Part shown: one piece after another, positions 9,274 through 20,016 of the stretch
Layout of the letters: every line of letters starts with the position of its first letter
Numbering within the stretch: the stretch's first letter is position 1
From: an uncultured Chloroflexia bacterium
GTDB taxonomy: Bacteria > Chloroflexota > Dehalococcoidia > GIF9 > AB-539-J10
Length of the DNA stretch: 64,000 bases
Assembly: GCA_963726175.1 (NCBI GenBank)
Contig: CAVSBM010000010.1
Span: forward strand, 17,125 to 81,124
Reading direction: 5' to 3'
Program-made: the position numbers and the translations under genes
The notes under the pieces: generated by a model
What the model was told of the DNA's origin: nothing
The model's database searches: none
Seen by the model: the letters and a program-made list of their open reading frames with translations, nothing else

Positions 9274-9635
9274 GGTAACAAACTCGGGAAAGAATTCAAG
9301 ACTTACAAGCTAGATTACCTGCTTTCCGGCGGGACTAAAGTACCCCGCGTGTCCTTGTTAGGAGACCACAAGTATTTTGCCGACAACCCCCCCAAATCCC
9401 CAAGGTGGTATCGAATTCAACATATGCAGGCAGTCAAGCTTTGAGCAACGAACCTTCACAGATAGCAAGCTCTGCGCCTCTCGCTTTTGGGACTGATCTC
9501 AGCGAGATAACCCCCCCCGGCCAGGATACCACTATCCTGTCAGAATTCTTGCTCTCCCGCCAGTAGATCACGCAGGCGTGAACCGAAGCACGACCGGTGC
9601 GTGACCCTTCAACACCCGGTGGCCGCCGCAGATAT

Positions 9636-9779
9636 TTAGCGCTTCTCTATTCTGAATACTTTTGTGCCGCACACGGGACAGACACCTTGGGTGGCTGGTC
9701 TGCGATTCTTGAGCATAACCCGCCGTGGGTTGCTTATTTCCCTCTTTCTCCTACACTTCATGCAATAAGCTGTTGCCAT
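9636..9779 (-). CDS. Small zinc-ribbon protein (47 aa; resembles the DUF5679-type small proteins from memory)
   Basis: Not in the ORF track (below 60 aa). The minus strand reads AAAAGGAGGGCACG-ATG then MATAYCMKCRRKREISNPRRVMLKNRRPATQGVCPVCGTKVFRIEKR*. Two CxxC pairs and a strong SD. Confidence 0.6.
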   Translation of the reverse strand: MATAYCMKCRRKREISNPRRVMLKNRRPATQGVCPVCGTKVFRIEKR

Positions 9780-9940
9780 CGTGCCCTCCTTTTATTCCTG
9801 CAATTGCTATATTGTTACTATAAGAGCAAAGCTTTGTCAATACCTTTTGGGCTTTCCCAGCAAAGATTGCAGGATTTTGGCAAACCAGACACGAACCGAA
9901 GGGCATTTGATTTCCTGCTACTTGGTCACACGTGCCCCTT

Positions 9941-11404
9941 TTAGTCCAGACAAGCTGGTAGCAGCTGCAATGTCATTCTGAATCGTTTCAGGCATTTCTC
10001 TTTTCCCAATACTGCCATGGTCTGAAATAGTGGTGGTGCCGCGGTACGTCCTGTGATGGCTACCCTTAGCAAGCCAAATAACTCACCAGGGCGCAGGTTC
10101 AACTCTGTGGCCAGAGAGCGCAAGATACCCTCCAGCGTAGCGGCATCCCAAGTTGGTGTCTGCTCTAACTTTTGCGAAGCAATCGTAATACCTCTAGTCG
10201 CTGATTTGGCATCCAATTTGCCTTTCAGAAGCAGGCCTGTATCATATCCCAGCTCGTCAAGGAAGAAGAAATCAGCAAGCTGAGGAACCTCGGCCAGAGT
10301 CTTGGCTCGTTCTTGAATGAGTGATAGAACCTGACTGACGTAGCTTTCATCCAATGGGCGCGTCACGGAGTCGGGCAAATCCCTATCTAAAAATGGCATA
10401 GCTCGATGGACAAATTCCCCGAGGTTTAGCCTGCGCAGATAAACCCCATTCATCCATTCCAGTTTCTCCTTATTGAAGATAGCTGCCGTTTTTCCTACTC
10501 TTTCCAGAGAAAAGTGCTTTATCAATTCTTCTCGAGACAATAACTCAGTTCGGTCATCAAGCGACCACCCCAAAAGGGCTAAGGAATTGATCATGGCGTC
10601 TGGCAAGTATCCTTGCTGTTCATATTCGCTGATATTGGTAGCACCGTGTCTTTTGGATAACTTAGCACGGTCAGGTCCCAGAATCATAGGCAAATGAGCA
10701 AATTGCGGAGCTTGCCAGTTTAGAGCTTGGTAAAGCAAAACATGGCGGGGAGTGCTGGAGAGCCACTCTTCAGCTCTGAGGACATGTGAGATGGCCATGA
10801 AATGGTCATCTACTATATTGGCCAAGTGATACGTCGGATAACCGTCGGATTTTAGGAGGATAAAGTCGTCTAAGGTATCGTGCTTAAAACCAACCCGGCC
10901 ATAGATCAAATCATAGAAAGTGGTTTCGCCTTCAAGTGGTGTTCTATAACGAATCACGGGAGTAGTACCTGTTGCCTCTAGCCGAGTCCTTTCATGATGG
11001 CTTAAATCCCGACAACGGCGATCATATTTCGGTGGCTGCTTGCGTCTTGCTTGTTCTTGGCGCATTGCTTCTAATCGTTCCGGAGAGCAATAGCATAAAT
11101 ATGCATGATCCTCGTCAAGCAATCTTTGCGCAGCTTCCCGGTAAATCGGCAATCGTTCAGATTGGAGATAAGGGCCTTCGTCCCAGTCCAACCCCAGCCA
11201 GCGCAAGCTATCCAGTATTATGTCCACCGCTCCCTCAACCTTACGAGCGATGTCAGTATCTTCAATCCGCAAGATAAACATCCCACCGTGGTGGCGAGCG
11301 AAAAGCCAGTTGAATAGAGCTGTTCTTATGTTGCCTAGGTGTGGGTACCCTGTAGGACTGGGGGCAAAACGAACTCTAACCGATGTCTGTGACGCATCCT
11401 GCAT
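9941..11404 (-). CDS. gltX: Glutamate--tRNA ligase
   Basis: 487 aa. RFAPSPTGYPHLGNIRTA (HIGH-type) and KLSKRHG (KMSKS-type) motifs. Confidence 0.95.
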   Translation of the reverse strand: MQDASQTSVRVRFAPSPTGYPHLGNIRTALFNWLFARHHGGMFILRIEDTDIARKVEGAVDIILDSLRWLGLDWDEGPYLQSERLPIYREAAQRLLDEDHAYLCYCSPERLEAMRQEQARRKQPPKYDRRCRDLSHHERTRLEATGTTPVIRYRTPLEGETTFYDLIYGRVGFKHDTLDDFILLKSDGYPTYHLANIVDDHFMAISHVLRAEEWLSSTPRHVLLYQALNWQAPQFAHLPMILGPDRAKLSKRHGATNISEYEQQGYLPDAMINSLALLGWSLDDRTELLSREELIKHFSLERVGKTAAIFNKEKLEWMNGVYLRRLNLGEFVHRAMPFLDRDLPDSVTRPLDESYVSQVLSLIQERAKTLAEVPQLADFFFLDELGYDTGLLLKGKLDAKSATRGITIASQKLEQTPTWDAATLEGILRSLATELNLRPGELFGLLRVAITGRTAAPPLFQTMAVLGKEKCLKRFRMTLQLLPACLD

Positions 11405-11433
11405 GGAGCTGTGTTCTAAATTTGAGCCTGACC

Positions 11434-11676
11434 CTATTTAGAGAGAGTCTGATATATGTTTCTTAACCGGTCCAGATATTTCCTGAGTCTCTGGGCAAGT
11501 TGCTCGACATTATTGAGGGCATTCTTAGTATCCTCCATCTCGGTAGTGATCTTGAACAAGATTTCGTCGCGCCTCTGGCCCAAATCAGCCTCAAAACTAG
11601 ACATTTCCCCCAAGTCGGTCAAGAAATTACTTTCTCTCGTCCCCTGCTCTTTAGCAAGTTCTTCATAAGATTTCAT
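11434..11676 (-). CDS. Hypothetical small coiled-coil protein
   Basis: 80-aa ORF co-directional with gltX and 30 nt upstream of it. Charged, heptad-like sequence. No family recognised. Confidence 0.4.
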   Translation of the reverse strand: MKSYEELAKEQGTRESNFLTDLGEMSSFEADLGQRRDEILFKITTEMEDTKNALNNVEQLAQRLRKYLDRLRNIYQTLSK

Positions 11677-11851
11677 GCCGTCAGTTTCCTTTCTTTATGT
11701 ATCAAGGATATCAAATCTTAACATGGCTTGATGTTCCAAACAAGACCTTGATTTGACCACGGCACCTGTAGATAGTGTTGCTTGTTGACACGGTTATGCA
11801 AAATTCCACTGTTTCTTATATATTAAGAGTTATTGGTTCTTACGGTGCTGA

Positions 11852-13840
11852 GTGAACCCGATGCCCCAGTTTAAAATAGTTTCCGATTTTCGTCTTACCG
11901 GCGACCAGCCTCAAGCCGTGGACAAGTTGGTCGAGGGCTTGAACGCAGGTTACCGAGAACAGACACTGCTTGGAGTCACCGGCAGCGGCAAGACCTTTAC
12001 CATGGCTAACGTCATCGAGAGGGTACAGAGGCCAACCCTGGTTATTTGCCACAACAAGACTTTGGCTGCCCAGCTAGCGACCGAATTTAAGGAATTCTTT
12101 CCCGAAAATGCTGTGGAGTATTTTGTCAGCTATTATGACTATTATCAACCGGAAGCTTATATTCCCAGCACCGACCTCTATATTGAAAAGGAAACTGATA
12201 TAAATGAGGAGATTGACAAACTACGGCATGCCGCTACAATGTCCCTCTTCACCCGCCGAGATGTGGTTATTGTCGCTTCGGTCTCTTGTATTTATAGTTT
12301 AGGCGCACCTGAGGAGTATCATGGCTTTGCCCTTGCCATTGGAAGAGACAAAGACTATAAACGAGACGGACTGGCTCGCCGTCTGGTGGATATGCAATAT
12401 GAAAGAAACGACTACGATTTCACCAGAGGCAAATTCCGCATCCGAGGCGACACCCTGGAAATTCAGCCCGCATATCAGGAAACAGCCCTGCGAATCGAAT
12501 TCTGGGGGGACAAGATTGAGCGCATCGTTGAGGTTGACCCTTTAACCGGCGAGATTCTAGCTCAACATGAGGAAGTAGATATATACCCCGCAAAGCACTT
12601 TGTTACCTCTCACGAAAAGTTGCTGGCGGCCATCGAGGATATTAAAGTCGAGCTGGAGGAAAGATTAAAGGAGTTAAACAGCCGGGGAAAGCTACTGGAA
12701 GCCCAGAGGCTTGAAGCGCGGACCAATTACGATATTGAGATGCTTCAAGAGGTGGAGTATTGCACCGGCGTGGAAAATTACTCCAGACATCTGCAGCGCC
12801 GGGCGCCCGGCAGCACCCCCTGGACTCTACTGGATTACTTTCCTGATGACTTCCTGTTGTTTATTGACGAATCACATATGACCTTGCCACAGATAAGGGG
12901 CATGTATCACGGTGATATTTCTCGAAAGCAGACATTGGTTGATTACGGTTTTCGCCTTCCTTCAGCCCTAGATAACCGCCCATTGCATTTTGAGGAGTTT
13001 AACAACCACATCAACCAGGTTATTTACGTCTCTGCTACACCGAAGCCCTATGAATATGAGCGCAGCCAGCAAGTAGTGGAGCAATTAGTCCGCCCCACTG
13101 GTTTGCTGGAGCCTACCGTGGAGGTTAAGCCAGTTAAGGGGCAAATTGATGACCTTATTTATCAGATAAGAAGCAGAGTCGCTAAGGGGGAGCGCTGTCT
13201 GGTGACTACCTTGACCAAGCGAATGGCAGAGGAATTAAGCGACTACTTGAGGGAAATGGAGATTAAGACTCATTACTTGCATTCGGAGGTAGAGACTTTA
13301 GAGCGGGTGGAAATTCTCCGTGACCTCCGCCTTGGGGTCTATGATGTAGTCGTGGGTATCAATCTCCTCCGTGAGGGGTTGGACCTGCCTGAGGTTAGCC
13401 TGGTCGCCATACTCGATGCCGACAAGGAAGGCTACCTCAGGTCTCAGGAAGCGCTCATTCAGACCATGGGGCGTGCTGCACGACACATAAATGCCCATGT
13501 CATAATGTATGCTGATAGCATTACTCAATCCATGCAAAAGGCAATAGAAGAGACTCAGCGGCGCCGCCAAGTTCAGGAAGCCTACAATAAAGAGCACGGC
13601 ATCACTCCTCAGGGGATAAAGAAGGCAGTTAAAGACATAACCGAGAGAGTCCGAGCGGTCGCCGAGACAAGAACTCCCTATACGGTTACTTCTATTTCCA
13701 GGGAGGAAATGCTTCAACTCATCAAGCAACTGGAATCGGAGATGAAAGCAGCAGCCAAAAATCTGGAGTTTGAAAAAGCTGCTATGATTCGCGACCGCAT
13801 TATCGAACTAAGAAAAGACGAAGGCCTAGTTCCACTCTGA
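11852..13840 (+). CDS. uvrB: Excinuclease ABC subunit B
   Basis: 662 aa. FKIVSDF...GDQPQA start, Walker [11 protein letters not shown], helicase motifs and a C-terminal UVR domain ([13 protein letters not shown]). ATG at 11861 is an alternative start to GTG at 11852. Confidence 0.95.
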   Translation: MNPMPQFKIVSDFRLTGDQPQAVDKLVEGLNAGYREQTLLGVTGSGKTFTMANVIERVQRPTLVICHNKTLAAQLATEFKEFFPENAVEYFVSYYDYYQPEAYIPSTDLYIEKETDINEEIDKLRHAATMSLFTRRDVVIVASVSCIYSLGAPEEYHGFALAIGRDKDYKRDGLARRLVDMQYERNDYDFTRGKFRIRGDTLEIQPAYQETALRIEFWGDKIERIVEVDPLTGEILAQHEEVDIYPAKHFVTSHEKLLAAIEDIKVELEERLKELNSRGKLLEAQRLEARTNYDIEMLQEVEYCTGVENYSRHLQRRAPGSTPWTLLDYFPDDFLLFIDESHMTLPQIRGMYHGDISRKQTLVDYGFRLPSALDNRPLHFEEFNNHINQVIYVSATPKPYEYERSQQVVEQLVRPTGLLEPTVEVKPVKGQIDDLIYQIRSRVAKGERCLVTTLTKRMAEELSDYLREMEIKTHYLHSEVETLERVEILRDLRLGVYDVVVGINLLREGLDLPEVSLVAILDADKEGYLRSQEALIQTMGRAARHINAHVIMYADSITQSMQKAIEETQRRRQVQEAYNKEHGITPQGIKKAVKDITERVRAVAETRTPYTVTSISREEMLQLIKQLESEMKAAAKNLEFEKAAMIRDRIIELRKDEGLVPL

Positions 13841-14102
13841 TGGAATGATGGTCGGGTATCGTTGACGAGCGATTTGGCCCGCTTGAGCCTAGTCTGGTTT
13901 GTCCCTCCAATTGCAGGAATCATCTCGCCTCATGTCCCGTTGTGGTCTCAAACGATGAATGTGGCGGTCTTGTACCCGTGGGAGCTAGTGATGGTTGTGA
14001 ATTGTGAAAACAGTGTGGCGCTTTCTAGCAGACTTCTCGCAGACAGGAGCGGGCCAGCAGGCTGGGACTAAAGTAACGGGGGTAATGAGTACAAATGGGT
14101 GA

Positions 14103-14132
14103 TTGACGCTTTCCACCACACAAGCCTATATT
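14103..14132 (+). promoter_or_regulatory. Sigma-70-like promoter candidate upstream of the HTH gene and kinase
   Basis: TTGACG (14103-14108), 18-nt spacer, TATATT (14127-14132), about 45 nt before the ATG at 14178. Confidence 0.3.
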
Positions 14133-14177
14133 AATAGTATAGTTTGGCATAGTTGAGTAATTTCAGGGAAAGAAGAT

Positions 14178-14396
14178 ATGCCTGTTGTTATTAATGACCA
14201 GACCTATTACAGGACAGCCGAGGTTTGCCGGATGGTCGGCATCAGTAGGAATACCCTTTTCAGGTGGTTGAAAGAAGGAATATTTTCCGACGTCGAATAC
14301 CGGGACTGGCGGGGGTGGAGACTATTTACCGCAACTCAAGTGGAGACCATTAAAACCAAGACTAACTATGTGTCCGCGATAGCTCGGAGCGACTGA
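14178..14396 (+). CDS. MerR/excisionase-type helix-turn-helix DNA-binding protein
   Basis: 72 aa. YYRTAEVCRMVGISRNTLFRWLKEG is a typical HTH_17/MerR-like recognition helix region. GGGAAAGAAG SD. Confidence 0.6.
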   Translation: MPVVINDQTYYRTAEVCRMVGISRNTLFRWLKEGIFSDVEYRDWRGWRLFTATQVETIKTKTNYVSAIARSD

Positions 14397-14408
14397 GGAG
14401 CTAAACGA

Positions 14409-17400
14409 ATGAAATCAGTGATATCCACGGCCAAATGCAGGGACGATGCGCTGTTCAAGACTCTGAGCGAGGAATTGCCGGTTGGGGTCTGCATCATGCA
14501 GGATGGAAAGTTTTGCTATGTCAATAGCACCTTCCCAATTGCCATCGGCTACACAGTGGATGAATTGGTGGGCAAAGACTCCTTGGAGATTGTCGTTCCC
14601 GAAGATAGGGAGATGGTCAGGGAAAATACCATGAAGATGTTGAAGGGAGAGCTGCGTTCGCCATATCAATTCAGGGTGACCGGTAAAGACGGTAGTATTG
14701 TCTGGGTTATGGGGACAGTCAAATCCGTCAACTACCATGGGAAGCGTGCAACGTTGGGGAATTACATGGAAATCACCGAGCGCAAGCTGATGGAGGAGGC
14801 AGTGAAAGAGAGTGAAGAGAGGTACAAGGAACTTGCTAACAGCATCACTGACGTCTTTTTCGCAATGGACGAGCATCTGAGATATACCTATTGGAACAAG
14901 GCATCGGAAATTCTGACAGGAATTCGGGCGGAGGATGCGATTGGGAAATCCCTCCGGGAAATTTTCCCGAACACGCCTGAGACGAGAAACGCGGAAAAGG
15001 TGTACCGTAATGTGCTGAAGACGCAGCAGCCCCAGACTTTTGTGAACGATTTTAGTATTGACGGTAGGCACTACATCTTTGAGATAAGCGCTTATCCTCC
15101 CGAGGTGGCATCTCGGTTTTTGTCAGGGACATCACCGAGCATAAGCAGGCAGAGGAGTCATTGAAAAAATTGCAGCGAGAGCTATTACTGCGAAATGAGA
15201 TGTCCTATATATTCCTCACCGTACCTGATGACGAGATGTACAGCGAGGTGCTACGAGTCATACTGGAAGCCACAGAAAGCAAGTATGGCATCTTTGGATA
15301 TATAGACGAACAGGAAACGTTAGTCATTCCATCTATGAGCCGAGATATTTGGGAAGAATGTCAAGTTCCAGATAAGACTATTGTTTATCCGCGTGAGAAA
15401 TGGGGGGGCATTTGGGGTCGGGCACTAGTGGAGAAGAAAGCCCTTTATGCGAACGGAGGTTTGCATCTGCCCTCTGGCCATATACCCTTAGAAAGGGTTA
15501 TCTGTGTTCCCGTTGTGTTTCAAGAAAAATGTATCGGCCTTATAGAAGCAGCGAATAGAGTAACTGATTACGGTGAGGAAGATAGAGAGTTTTTGGAAAT
15601 TATCAGCGCCAAAATAGCACCCATCTTGAATGCCAGATTGGAACGAGATAGAGAGGATAAGAAGCGCAAGCAGGCAGAGAAAGCGTTGAGGCAATCGGAG
15701 GAGAAATACCGGACTATTCTGGAGGAAATGGAAGAGGGCTATTACGAGCAAGACCTTGCCGGCAATTTCACCTTTGTTAATAAGGCCATGTGTCGCCACC
15801 TTGGATATTCCCGGGACGAGCTGATAGGGATGAACTATCGGGTTTATACGCCTGAAGATGATGTTAAGAAAAGGTACGCGGTGTGGAACAAAGTTTATCA
15901 AACCGGTGAAACGGTGAAAGAGCTTCCCTTAGTAAACATCTGTAAGGATGGAACCTCGAGTATTCCTTGAAGAGTCGGTTCTTCCTTTGCGGAACGAAAA
16001 AGGCGAGACTATCGGATTTCGCGGCGTTGAACGTAACATCACCGAGCGCAAGCAGGCAGAGGAAACGCTGCGGCAGTCTGAGGAGAGATATCGGACTATA
16101 CTGGAGGAGATGGAAGATAGCTATTTCGAGGTTGACCTCGGTGGACACCTCACCTTTGTCAATAATTCGGTGTGCCGCGACCTGGGATACTCAAAGGAAG
16201 AGCTGATTGGAATGAGCTATAAAGACTTTACAATTGAAGATGATATCGAATCCGTATTTCGAGTCTTTAATGAGGTGTACCAGACCGGTGTGCCAAACAA
16301 GGGCTTCCCCTGGAAAGTCATCCGCAAAGACGGGACCGAGGGGTTTGCCGAAGCATCGATCTCTCCTCTGAGAGGTGACAAGGGCGAGATTATCGGGTTC
16401 CGTGGCGTTGGGCGTGACGTCACCGAGCGCAAGCAGGCAGAGGAAGAACTGAGTAAGACCCAGGCCCAGCTATCCACTGCCGTGGAGATGGCGCATCTCG
16501 GACCATGGGAATATGATGCAATAAATGACCTGTTTATTTTCAATGATGCCTTTTACAAGGTACTCCACACCACCGCTGAGGAGGTTGGCGGATATACCAT
16601 GCCATCGCTCGAGTACGCAAGGCGTTTTGTCCATCCCGAGGATGCACATCTTGTTGGCGAGGAAGTCCGCAAAGCCCTTCAAGCTGACGATCCCAATTTC
16701 AGCAGCCAACTCGACCATCGAATTATCTACGCAGATGGTGGGGTTGGATATATGTCCGTGCGCTTTTTCATCGTCAAAGATGAGACTGGAAGCACAGTCA
16801 GAACTTACGGAGTAAACCAAGACATCACTGAGCGCAAGCAGGCAGAGGAGAAACTGCGACAAAACGAGGAAAATTATAAAGCTTTGTTCGATAGCGCAGT
16901 CACCGGCACGATTGTTATTGACACTGAAGCTCTGAGAGTAGTGATGGCTAATCGAGCCGGTGCGAAAATTTTTGGATTTAGTTCTGCAGAGGAGGGCATC
17001 GGAGTAAATCCGCTTGACTTCTTCCTCCTGAAGACCGGGAGAGAGTTCTTGAGCTTATTATGAAGGAGCTGGTTGAACAAGACTCGCGGCGGACTTTCGA
17101 GTTGCGGGCGGTGACCAAAGATGGCAGAGAAATATGGATAAGTGTGACGGGTGCGAGGATTATGCATGAGGGCAGATTAGCGGGTCTAGTTTCAATTACA
17201 AACATCACCGAGCGTAAGCAGGCAGTGGAAGCGCTGAGGCAATCTGAGGAGAGATACCGGAATATACTGGAGGAGATGGAAGATAGCTATTTCGAGGTTG
17301 ACCTCGGTGGACACCTCACTTTTGTCAATAGTTCGACGTGCCGCAACCTGGGATACCCCAGGGAAGAGCTGATTGGAATGAGCTATAAAGGCTTTACAGC

Positions 17401-18694
17401 TGAAGAGGATATCGAATCCGTATTTCGAGTCTTTAATGAAGTGTACCGGACCGGTGTGCCAAACAAGGGCTTCCCCTGGAAAATCATCCGCAAAGACGGG
17501 AGCCACGGGTTTGTCGAAACATCGGTCTCTCTTCTGCGAAATGACAAGGGCGAGATTATCGGGTTCCGTGGCGTTGGGCGTGACATCACCGAGCGCAAGG
17601 AGATGGAGGAGAACTGCGACAAAGCGAGGAAAATTATCGAGCTTTGTTCGATAGCTCGGTCATCGGCACGATTGTTCTGGACGCTGAAACTATGAAAGTA
17701 GTGATGGCTAATCAAGCCGCTGCGAAAATGTTTGGATTTAGTTCTGTAGAGGAAGGCATCGGAGCTAAATCCGCTTGACTTCGTTCCTCCGGAGGACAGG
17801 GAGAGAGTTCTTGAGGCTTATTAGAAGGGGTTGTTTGAACAAGACTTGCGGACAGACTCACGAGTTTCGGGCAATAACCAAAGATGGCAGAGAAATATGG
17901 ATAAGTGTGACGGGTGCGAGGATTATGCATGAGGGCAAATTAGCGGGTTTGATTTCTTTTACCGACATTACTGAGCAAAAGCAGCAAAATCGAGCGGCTT
18001 ATGGTGACTGACCGGCTGGCTTCCCTTGGCGAACTGGCATCCGGCACCGCCCACGAACTTAACAACCCGCTCACGAGCATTATCGGTTTCTCCCAGTTGC
18101 TTATGGAGAAGGAGGTCCCTGACGACATCCGTGAGGATCTGAAGCTTATCAACAACGAGGCTCAGCGTGCTGCTAGTGTAACGAAGAATCTCCTTACATT
18201 TGCCCGAAAGCACGCACCTGTGAAGCAGCTTACCCAGATAAATAGCATTATCGAGGACGTCCTGAAATTACGTGCTTATGAGCACAAAGCAAATAATATC
18301 GAGGTCGAGAGACAGCTTGCACCCCGACCTTCCCGAAATCATGGTCGACTATTTCCAGATGCAGCAGGTTTTCATGAACATAATTATCAATGCCGAGTAT
18401 TTTATGACTGAGGCGCATAAGAAGGGGACCCTGACCATTACCACCAAAAAACAGAACGGTACCGTGAGGATTTCATTCGCTGATGACGGCCCGGGTATCC
18501 CACCGGAAAATCTGAAGCGGATATTTGACCCCTTCTTCACCACCAAGGAAGCGGGCAAGGGGACCGGGCTTGGTTTGAGCATCTGCCACGGGATAGTGAC
18601 CGAGCACGGCGGGCAGATATATGCCAGGAGCCAGCTGGGTAAGGGAGCCACCATTTTTGTCGAATTGCCCATTAACGGTCAGCGACCATATTGA
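14409..18694 (+). pseudogene. Cytoplasmic multi-PAS/GAF sensor histidine kinase, reading frame broken in at least 6 places
   Basis: Successive ORFs (14409-15164, 15161-15970, 15948-17063, 17060-17695, 17775-18011, 18001-18411, 18272-18694) read through each other as one protein. It has PAS modules joined by ITERKQAEE-LRxSEE-Y linkers, a GAF-like segment, a HisKA H-box (ELASGTAHELNNPL) and HATPase_c (DDGPGI...GTGLGL). No TM segment. Frames switch at about 15100, 15950, 17040, 17620-17780, 18000 and 18322. Confidence 0.8.
16038..17965 (+). repeat. Internal duplication of PAS modules within the kinase gene
   Basis: 16038-16450 is near-identical by eye to 17204-17612 (EEMEDSYFEVDLGGHLTFVN...GEIIGFRGVGRD). 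16850-17200 matches 17605-17965 (...KDGREIWISVTGARIMHEG). The PAS module between the first pair (16450-16850) is absent from the second copy. Confidence 0.8.
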
Positions 18695-18768
18695 GAGGTA
18701 GCTATGAAACAACCTAACGCCAACGAGAAAAGCATTTTAGTGGTTAAGATGAGAAGGAGCAGACAGCA

Positions 18769-19840
18769 GTGTTTGACAAGAGAATGAGTATGCCTGGCCA
18801 GCGAGAAACATTGCTTATCGTCGATGATGAAGACACAATCAGGAAACTCCTTTGCCTGAAATTATCCAGAGAAGGCTACCTGTGTAAGGAAGCAGATAGC
18901 GCTGAGTACGCCCTGAATGTGCTGGAGACCAACTCCGATTGCTCTGGTTATTCTGGATATAAAGATGCCCGGTAAATCAGGAATCGAACTGCTCCCCGAA
19001 ATAAAGTCAGGCTACCCTGACACAGCAGTTATTATGGCTACGGCTGTTAATGACATTGACGTTGCCATTCAATGCCTGAAACAGGGAGCTGACGAATACA
19101 TCTGCAAGCCGTTCAATCTGGAGGAGGTCTCCCTGGCGGTTCAGAGAGCTCTCGACAAAAGGCGCCTGCAACTGGAGCTCAGGGAGTACCAGCAATTTCT
19201 GGAAGAAAAGGTTGAGGAGCAGATGATAGGCGCGAGAAGACTCTTCCTTGGTGCCATCGAGGCACTCGTATCCGCCCTCGAAGCTAAAGATAAATACACT
19301 GGTGGACATTCCCGCCGGGTGACCGAGATAGCATTGGCCATAGGCAAAGAACTTGGTCTATCCGCACGGGACATGGAAGACCTGCGCTGGGGAAGTCTGC
19401 TTCACGACGTCGGAAAGATCGCCGTTCACCAGGCTATCCAGAATAAGCCCGGCAGCCTGACGCGTGAAGAATACGAGCACATTATGACTCATCCCCAGAT
19501 TGGCGCCCACATTGTGCAACCGGTGGTTAATGGGAAAATAACTGAGATCATTGAACACCACCACGACCATTATGACGGCACCGGACTTCATCAGGTTATA
19601 CCGGGCAGTGACATACCGTTGGGAGCCAGAATCATAGCTGTGGCCGATGCCTTTGATGCTATGACTTCGGACCGACCATATCGCGCCGCAATGTCCATCG
19701 CGGAAGCCGTAGGGGAGATTAAGCGCTGCGCTGATACTCAGTTTGATCCGGTTATAGTCGCTGCATTCCTCAAAGCGGTCGGAACCGCGACGGCACAGGC
19801 TTCAGAACCTCAACGTGGTGCCCCCGACGGTCAACTCTAG
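18769..19840 (+). CDS. Response regulator: REC domain fused to an HD-GYP-type HD domain (one frame break near 18930)
   Basis: LLIVDDEDTIR...(frame switch)...LVILDIKMPGKSG...KPF is the receiver domain. HDVGKI...HHHDHYDGTG...DAMTSDRPYR is the HD-GYP family domain. Fragments are 18769-18975 and 18917-19840. Confidence 0.8.
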
Positions 19841-20016
19841 GAATACGGGGACGCTGCAACGCCCGGTGACATCCATGGCGTCACTGCCAAGAGCCCCGAT
19901 GAATGTCTATTCGTAGTCACGAAGCGATTTCCTAGACAAGAATGGGATTGCTTCGGGTCACCGGCATTGACCAGCAGCCTCGCCGCCTTGACACATGAGC
20001 TGACTGACGGGGATAA

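Noticed and set aside
9127-9635. T-box riboswitch controlling leuS
   Set aside because: On the leuS strand I cannot find the conserved T-box sequence (…GGGUGGUACCGCG) 5' of the terminator or a convincing antiterminator. The only GGUGGUAUCG string (9404-9413) is on the opposite strand, with no downstream gene. Left as an unclassified structured leader.
9127-9635. tmRNA, RNase P RNA or SRP RNA (the size would fit)
   Set aside because: No GGGG..UUCGAC 5' end or tRNA-like GGUUCGA..CCACCA 3' end, and no tag ORF ending in ..AA. No GAGGAAAGUCCGGGC or ACAGAACCCGGCUUA. The GCCGGAAAGCAGG segment only loosely resembles the SRP GGAAGCAGC helix-8 motif.
14415-15071. 218-aa antisense ORF inside the kinase. 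Similar long shadow ORFs occur at 22769-23296, 32753-33295, 41331-41780, 43915-44541 and 45574-46233.
   Set aside because: All lie entirely antisense to genes with strong family signatures and have low-complexity or unrecognisable translations. They are typical shadow ORFs.
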